NCBI GenBank assembly: GCA_043228905.1
Contig: JBHGNT010000007.1
Location: 2,542,001 to 2,606,000 of the forward strand
DNA: 64,000 nt
Reading direction: 5' to 3'
From: Azolla caroliniana
Lineage: Eukaryota > Plantae > Polypodiophyta
In this document: positions 57,385 through 64,000 of the stretch, piece after piece
How the letters are laid out: each line of letters starts with the position of its first letter
Position numbering within the stretch: position 1 is the first letter of the stretch
Made by a program: the position numbers and the translations under genes
Notes under the pieces: generated by a model
Databases searched by the model: none
The model's input: the letters and a program-made list of their open reading frames with translations, nothing else
Told to the model about the DNA's origin: nothing

Positions 57385-58773
57385 TGTGGTTTCCATGCAC
57401 CTCATGGAAGCACCTCTCTAGATCGATGAAGTTATACCTCCCATCGATGTTGTTTGCTTAGGCCTAGACTAGTGTATCCCCTCTTGGTGGCGAAAAGGAC
57501 AAGGGTAGTCGTCAAGTACCCTTAATCTACTAACTCACATAACAATAAACACGATTAGTACTAATATCTCTCTCTTATCTCTCTCACTTACTCTCTTAAA
57601 CAAAGCGAGGACAACAAATATTTTTATTTCACCCTCTTACTAAGAGATCTAGCACCGACAAAGAAGAGAGATTAACATTTATTTACCAAACACTATCGCT
57701 AATCTCTCTTGAGCTTTTTTATTACAAGAATGAGAGGAATCTTAGAGTTCTAATCACTAGGAGATTCTCAAGAATGAAGAAGAGCTAAAAAGTTACCACA
57801 AGGTGGTTTTTATAGCTCTTACATTATAAGTGTGGTCATTTCACATTAGGTTGTCCATTGGCTTGCCTTTCCCCCTATTGGCTACTTCTACTCCCATTTT
57901 GTATGTCTTCTAGGTTGCTTGACATCCTTTGTTGATGCGCTCTTCGTCACGGCCAATGTGTGTTGCATTACAAATTCTTGGCAATAAATATGACACTCAA
58001 AGGAAATGGCCAACAATGGGTTAGAGTTGTGTGAACTCTCCAACCCAAATTATATCTAAAGGAGAACCAAGGCTTGTGAAGGGTTGGTGGTTTTTGGTGT
58101 TCTAGCTAGAGTGATTGTAAGTCATCATGTAAAACAACCAACAATAGCATATTGTAATATATATTATGTAAAGATAGATAGCCACTTTCTTCTGATGTTT
58201 AGGTCATAGTGTCTCAAATCCATTGCACAATTCAATCAGGTTGACAAATGAGACTTTCTGCATAGATACATGCAAGCCATTAGACGTAATACAATGCAAT
58301 GGACATGGGGGATCACACTTCTCTTCTAGTAAGCCTTACATCTACAAATAGAAAAGTGAGATCCAGAGTTTATATATATTTGTATTGGACTTGTGTTCCT
58401 AGAGACATCAACCTTATTCAAATGCCGCTTCCATAATAAGGGATCAAAATATGATGATGCAAACACCAACAATCAAGGAAGTTTGGAACCAAGTGAAACA
58501 AAGAAATTATGTCACCCTACAATGTCTCATATGAGCATAATTTGCATTACTCAAGTTTAAACAAAGAATTCCTCACATGATGCTTCAACACCATGAGGCA
58601 AATGAGACAATAAGATACTTATGTCTTGGAAAATCCAAATATGATGCACTTGATACCTTCAAAGATTGTGTGAACTTACAAGATCTCAAGATAAGAAAGC
58701 ATATAATATATTAGAAATCCATTATAGATAGAGTATCTACACTAGCTAGTAGATTCTAACAGGGATGACATGT

Positions 58774-58819
<46 letters not shown>

Positions 58820-58990
58820 AGCATAAGTACTAATAATCAAGGTTAAGTAAACTAGTAGCTCAAAGGTGCTCAACGACCACCTTTGCCCGGTTTGACTCCA
58901 AAAGGGTATACACCAGTTCGAATACTAGGCCAATGATATTGATGGAAGGCATAACTTCATCGATCTATGGGTGCATTCCAATGGAAGCAC
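57385..58990. repeat. two diverged copies of one LTR-like repeat in inverted orientation (~57385-57600 and ~58780-58990)
   Basis: tagatcgatgaagttat...tggtgtat..cc and its reverse complement; second copy joins a (GA)n tract. Confidence 0.6.
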
Positions 58991-59059
58991 ACGAAAGATG
59001 CACATTACGATCGATGTGTTCATTCCGAACTGAAATCTGGGGGGTTGTACCATGTACAC

Positions 59060-62030
59060 CTATTCTCAAGCTCACCTTCCAGGAACACATTCTTGACATC
59101 CATTTGATGTAAGTGCCACCCCTTTGCTACGGCTACCGCTAGCAAGACACGGACGATCATCATCTTCATGACCGGTGCAAATGTCTCATCGTAGTCGATG
59201 TCGTGCTACTGCATGTAGCCCTTGGCCACTAACCGGGCCTTGTATCAGTTGACGGAGCTATCGACGTTGTACCTGATCTTGTACACGCACCTGCATCCTA
59301 TCGGTTTCACACCCTTCAGTGCATCAACCAAGTCCCATGTTTCATTCTCCGCTAAGGCATGCATCTCTTCCTCCAAAATGGCATGCCAATTTGCGTCTGT
59401 TGCCGCTTCTGCGTAGCTCTCTGTCCTACGCACTTTCGCGACCTTCGTCATGTACGCATAGTGGTGCACCATGTATTCGTTGTACCCATATTGAACTATA
59501 AGGTGCTTCTGGCGGGTAGATCAGCCCAATTTCTGCTCAACCGATTTGATGGCTCTCTTGGCCAACTTCGACCTCTTCTTCGGAGGCCCGTCTTCTTGCT
59601 TTCCGGAGTCGGATTCACTCTGATTCGACTCGTCCTTGTCTAGGTCGTACTCTGGCATCTTCTTCTTCCCTTCTGTTTACATGTGAATCGTCTCCTTGGT
59701 TCCTTGCATGGGGAGAGCACGATCGAGTCTCCACTACTCGTTGGCTCGTCATCCGATTGACTTCTCTAGCTCAACTAGTCTGGATTCGGTCCACTGAGGG
59801 AAGTCAAACTTCTGGTAGTTCAGAGTCCGCAATACTTCCCTCTGTTCTGGAGCCCGTTGCCTCTTCTGTAACAATTGGCTCGGGTTCAAGTGGTGCGAAT
59901 TACCAAGATGTTGATTTGTCGAACACGACATCGCGGCTAACTCGGACTTGCTTCAACCGGGGTTGTAGCACTTGTACCCCTTTTGCTCATCATAGTAGCC
60001 AACCAAGATACACTTCTCGGCCTTGGCATCTAGATTCTTCCGTGTCTCATCCGGCACATGCACATGCACATAAGCAATGTTATCGAATACCTGAAGGAGT
60101 GCCAAATTCGACTTCTGCTCGAAGTACACTTCGTGCGGTGACACCTTTGTCCCTGAGACAGATATCTTATTCTATATGTAGACGATTGTCTGAATCGCTT
60201 CGGCCCAATAAATCTGGGGGCATGCTCTTCTCCTCCAACATTGCCCTCGTTGCTTCTACTAACGTCCGGTTCCGTCGTTCGGCCACGCCGTTCTACTCCG
60301 GCGTGTATCTACAAGAGAACTCTCGTCGGATTCCCCTGGTCTGTAGATAACTTGTGAATTGACTAGAAAAATATTGTTTTCCACCATCCAATCTCACACA
60401 CATTTCTCGTTCTACATGATTCTTTAAGTCCCGAAAGCATGAGAATACTTCGCTCTTCTTCTCGATGAAATAGATCCAAGTATGTCGGGTGGAGTCGTCG
60501 ATGAAGGAGACGAAATATCGACTCTCACCAATGCTCACGTTTTGTGCCAGTCCCCACACATTCGAATGGATAAGAGTGAGCCGATTCCGGCTCTGATTCT
60601 TCTCATTGGAGAATGGAAGCCTATGTTGCTTACCGAGCTAGCACGCTTCACAAATCTGGCCTTCTGGCCACTAAACTTCGGCAGTCTGGAAACCACATGT
60701 TTCGACTGCATCTCTTGAAGCTTCCAAAAGTTGATATGGTTGAACCGCTTGTGCCATAGGTCGATATTAGACTCAACCTTTTGCCCTTTTGAAAACATAG
60801 TGGTTCCGACCTCATTTGTCTCGAGGATAAACATCCTCCCTTCTCGGTGCCCTTGTGCAATGACTTTGCCTTCTTCTTCGATGAAGCACCCGAGGTGTGT
60901 GAACTGCACCTGCATCCCTTGGTCGACAATCTATCCAACTGACACCAAATTATTTGTGATTTTTAGTATGTGCAAAACGTTCATCAACTTCCCCTTCTGT
61001 CTGATATGGTTTAGGGGGACTTCACCGACATGTTTGATGGTATGTGGGGTGTCGTCACTGGTTTCAACAACCCATGGTTGTTCCGGTTTCTCCAAGTAAG
61101 AGAACCACTCCTCATGGCTTGTCATATGGTTCGATGCTACAGAATCAACATACCTCGTTCGGTTTCGAGATGTTTGTCTTCATCAAATGAGCCTTGTGCT
61201 TCATCGCAAAGGCTGGGCTCGATCCATTTCCGGTCTTTCCAGTTCCGGATCCTTCCGATCCTTCGGCGTAGTGCGAGCTTCGATGACTCCCTTGTCCGGC
61301 TTTTCCCGATCTGGATTTGTTTGAATCAGCGTGCTTCTTCCAGCACTCGCTCTCTTTGTGGCCTTTCTTGCCATAGTACCAGCATTCCGTCTCGGCCTTT
61401 CCATGCATGTGTTTGGCGCCGCTTTGACTCCCCCTGTTGAATTGTTGTCGGCATTTCGATTATGCCTTTTGTTTTGCGCCTGTCGGCTACTTCATCCACC
61501 ACGACCATGGGGCCTATCTTCCTCCATGTATAGCATCTTGTTGTCGTGTGCGTACTCATCGACGCACCCGAGTGGTTTTCTTCTACGAGCAACATCGATT
61601 GTAGCTCGAAAAACAAAGTCGTATTCTCCCTCGTGCAGACCGTCATTCGGAATGGTCTGAACTTTGACACCAACCCTCCTAGGAAAACCTGCACCATTTT
61701 GTCCTCTTTGACGGAGACAAGGGAGTCGCAGATATCCTTGATCTTGGAGGTGTAGTCAAACACCGACATATCTCTTTGTCGGACATTGCTCAACTCCTAT
61801 CTGAGTTGAAGCTTTCTGGCTGTGGTGCTCGTGGCGAAAATCTTTGTCAGATTTCCCTAAGCATCCTTTGGCGTTTTGGCGTCCCCAATGTAGCTCAAAA
61901 GTTGTTCGTCGACACTGGACGCATAGTATAGTACCTTGCTTGCCGCTTGTTCCCAAGCCGGAAAGTCACTATGTGTCGCATCCGATGCTACATCGTTAGG
62001 TCCGTCACATAACTCCAATATCCATGTCTA
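59060..62030 (-). mobile_element. degenerate copia gag-integrase-partial RT
   Basis: CWYYGKKGHKESEC, SFIDDSTR, LDAKAEKCILVGY, ENETWDLV. Confidence 0.88.
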
Positions 62031-62465
62031 AGCAAAATAATAAACACGCTATACATCGAATGTGCTCAAAGAGCACTTTTATACAAGTCCTTAAAAGGAC
62101 TGACACAAGTACCGTCAATACGTGAATGCTCATAAATGAGCTCCTGCATTAACTCCCAAATATATTCCTTCGTGGAATATCTTTCCAACGGCCTTCCGGC
62201 TCCTGCCAATCCAACCTTGCCGATCAATCTCTGTTTGATCCGGCCCTCGACTTCTTCAGCCGATCCGGCCCAAGTTGAGATTGCTTGTTCAACATGATGG
62301 GTATAAAGGCAATATCTATGACCTTCTATACCCTCCCAAGTGTGAAAGGAACATAATTATAATTCAATTAATTAAATAAAAAGTATAATGGTGAATTTAA
62401 AAACTTATAGAAGAGTTTAGGGTTTTTGGCCCAAGTTGAGGTTGCTTGCTCAACGTGATGGGGTA

Positions 62466-64000
62466 TGTGACAGGAGCTGCACGCTCCCTATACGCAACGC
62501 TCGGCCACAACCAAGCTTAGAATCATACACAGAAAACGGGAAATAGATGTTCGACACAGAAAGAGAAGAGTACACAGGATGTTTACATGGAAAACCCAAA
62601 CTAGGGAAAAAACCACGGCAGCCCACAGGCTGCAAACTATCACTATGTTGGAATGTACAACAGTGAGTTCACGGAGGCAACGACCTCGTGCTCACGATCT
62701 TCGCCATAGGCGGCGGTTACAATCAGAGGCAACGACCTCTTCTTCTCTCTCTCACTCTCTGTACACTGTTACACACTCTGGTCTCGCATAGACAAGAATA
62801 ACAACCACAGAATAACAACTACTAAAAGTTTTCCCTAAGTCATATTTATACTAATATGACTTTTCGGCTATTTACAAATATAGCCATGATGGACTCTCAG
62901 AAACATATTTACGAATATGTCTCTTCATCCGGTTCTCACCGGGTCTGTACCGTCCGGCTCTCCGTAGTCGAATACTCCTCATCCGGTCTTCACCGGGTCT
63001 GTACCATCTGGCTCTCCGTAGCCGGGAGTTTGTTCATCGGCACTGGTCTTCTCCCTTCCCATCCGGAGGGACCTGTCTCCCAACAAACTCCCCCTTCACT
63101 CCGGCATGGGGTGTCTTACCAGTCTGATCCTCTTCCGGCATGCATCCAGCTTGTCGGGTATCAACACTTTGGTCAGCATATCTGACCCATTCTCGGACGT
63201 GTGGATCTCCGTCAGTGCAAACTCCTGGTCATCTACTCTTTCCTGGATCCAGTGATATCTTCGCTGGATATGCTTCGTTCGGGAATGGTAGGCCGCATTC
63301 TTAGCAAGGTGGATGACACTTTGTCTGTCGCAATAGAGCCGGTATTCATCTTGTCGGATACCGAGCTCTCCGATGAAGTCCTTCATCCATAATATTTCCT
63401 TGCCAACTTCCACAGCCGCCATGTACTCTGCCTCCGTGGTTGACAATGCAACCGTCTTCGGCAGCATCGACTGCCACGAAACAGCTCCCCCTGCATATGT
63501 CATTACATACCCGGATGTAGACCGGTTGGTATCCACATCAGCCGACATGTCCGAATCGGTGAAACCGTCAAGTTGAGGTTTTCCGGAGCCGAATCGGAGA
63601 CACATATTTGAAGTGCCCTTCAAATACCGGAGTATCCATTTGACCGCGTTCCAGTGCTCCTTGTCGGGATTGCTCATAAACCGGCTCACCACTCCGACTG
63701 CGTATCCTATATCCGGTCGGGTACACACCATTGCGTACATCAAGCTCTCGACGGCAGAGGCATATAGAATCTTCATCATATCCGCCTTCTCTGCTTTCGT
63801 CTTCGGGCTTTGCTTACCGGATAACCTGCAGTTTGCCGGAAGTGTCGATCCGACCGGTTTCGCGTCTGACATGTTGAACCGGTAAAGCACCTTTGTCACA
63901 TACTTCTCCTGTGACAACCACAATTGCTTCACTGACCGGTTCCGGATAATATGCATCCTGAGCATCTGTTTTGCCGAACCCAAGTCTTTCATTGAGAAGG
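62466..64000 (-). mobile_element. 3' end of a copia element related to 50098-55428 (3' LTR 62466-63085, PPT, RT/RNase H), runs off the window
   Basis: ORF 63096-63992 highly similar to the C-terminus of 52689-54755; LTR TG..CA. Confidence 0.93.

Overview
Eukaryotic, land-plant nuclear DNA dominated by retrotransposons. A non-seed plant such as a fern is inferred from the Tcn1-like chromoviruses, the non-L1-type LINE and the very long TE-filled introns; this cannot be proven here. Host genes: a tRNA-Ser(GCT) at 970-1051 and one spliced DHHC protein S-acyltransferase on the minus strand (ATG 36483, stop 2518). I reconstructed 11 of its exons; at least one more is unlocated. Its introns hold an internally deleted Ty3/gypsy element (2771-7658), a psaC plastid fragment, a Ty1/copia element with a fold-back third LTR (12701-18195), a full-length degenerate LINE, and several copia relics and a solo LTR. 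Upstream of the gene are a MITE-like element, a chromovirus (37930-50077) containing a very young second chromovirus (42413-48195) and a copia solo LTR, a young copia (50098-55428) and more copia remnants. Most unusual signals: (1) both chromovirus families carry a tRNA-like Pol III A-box/B-box module at the U3 edge of their LTRs, beside heat-shock elements and a covarying self-priming PBS; (2) the intronic gypsy element has a copy of a tRNA-Arg 3' end (an 'anti-PBS') exactly where the polypurine tract should be.
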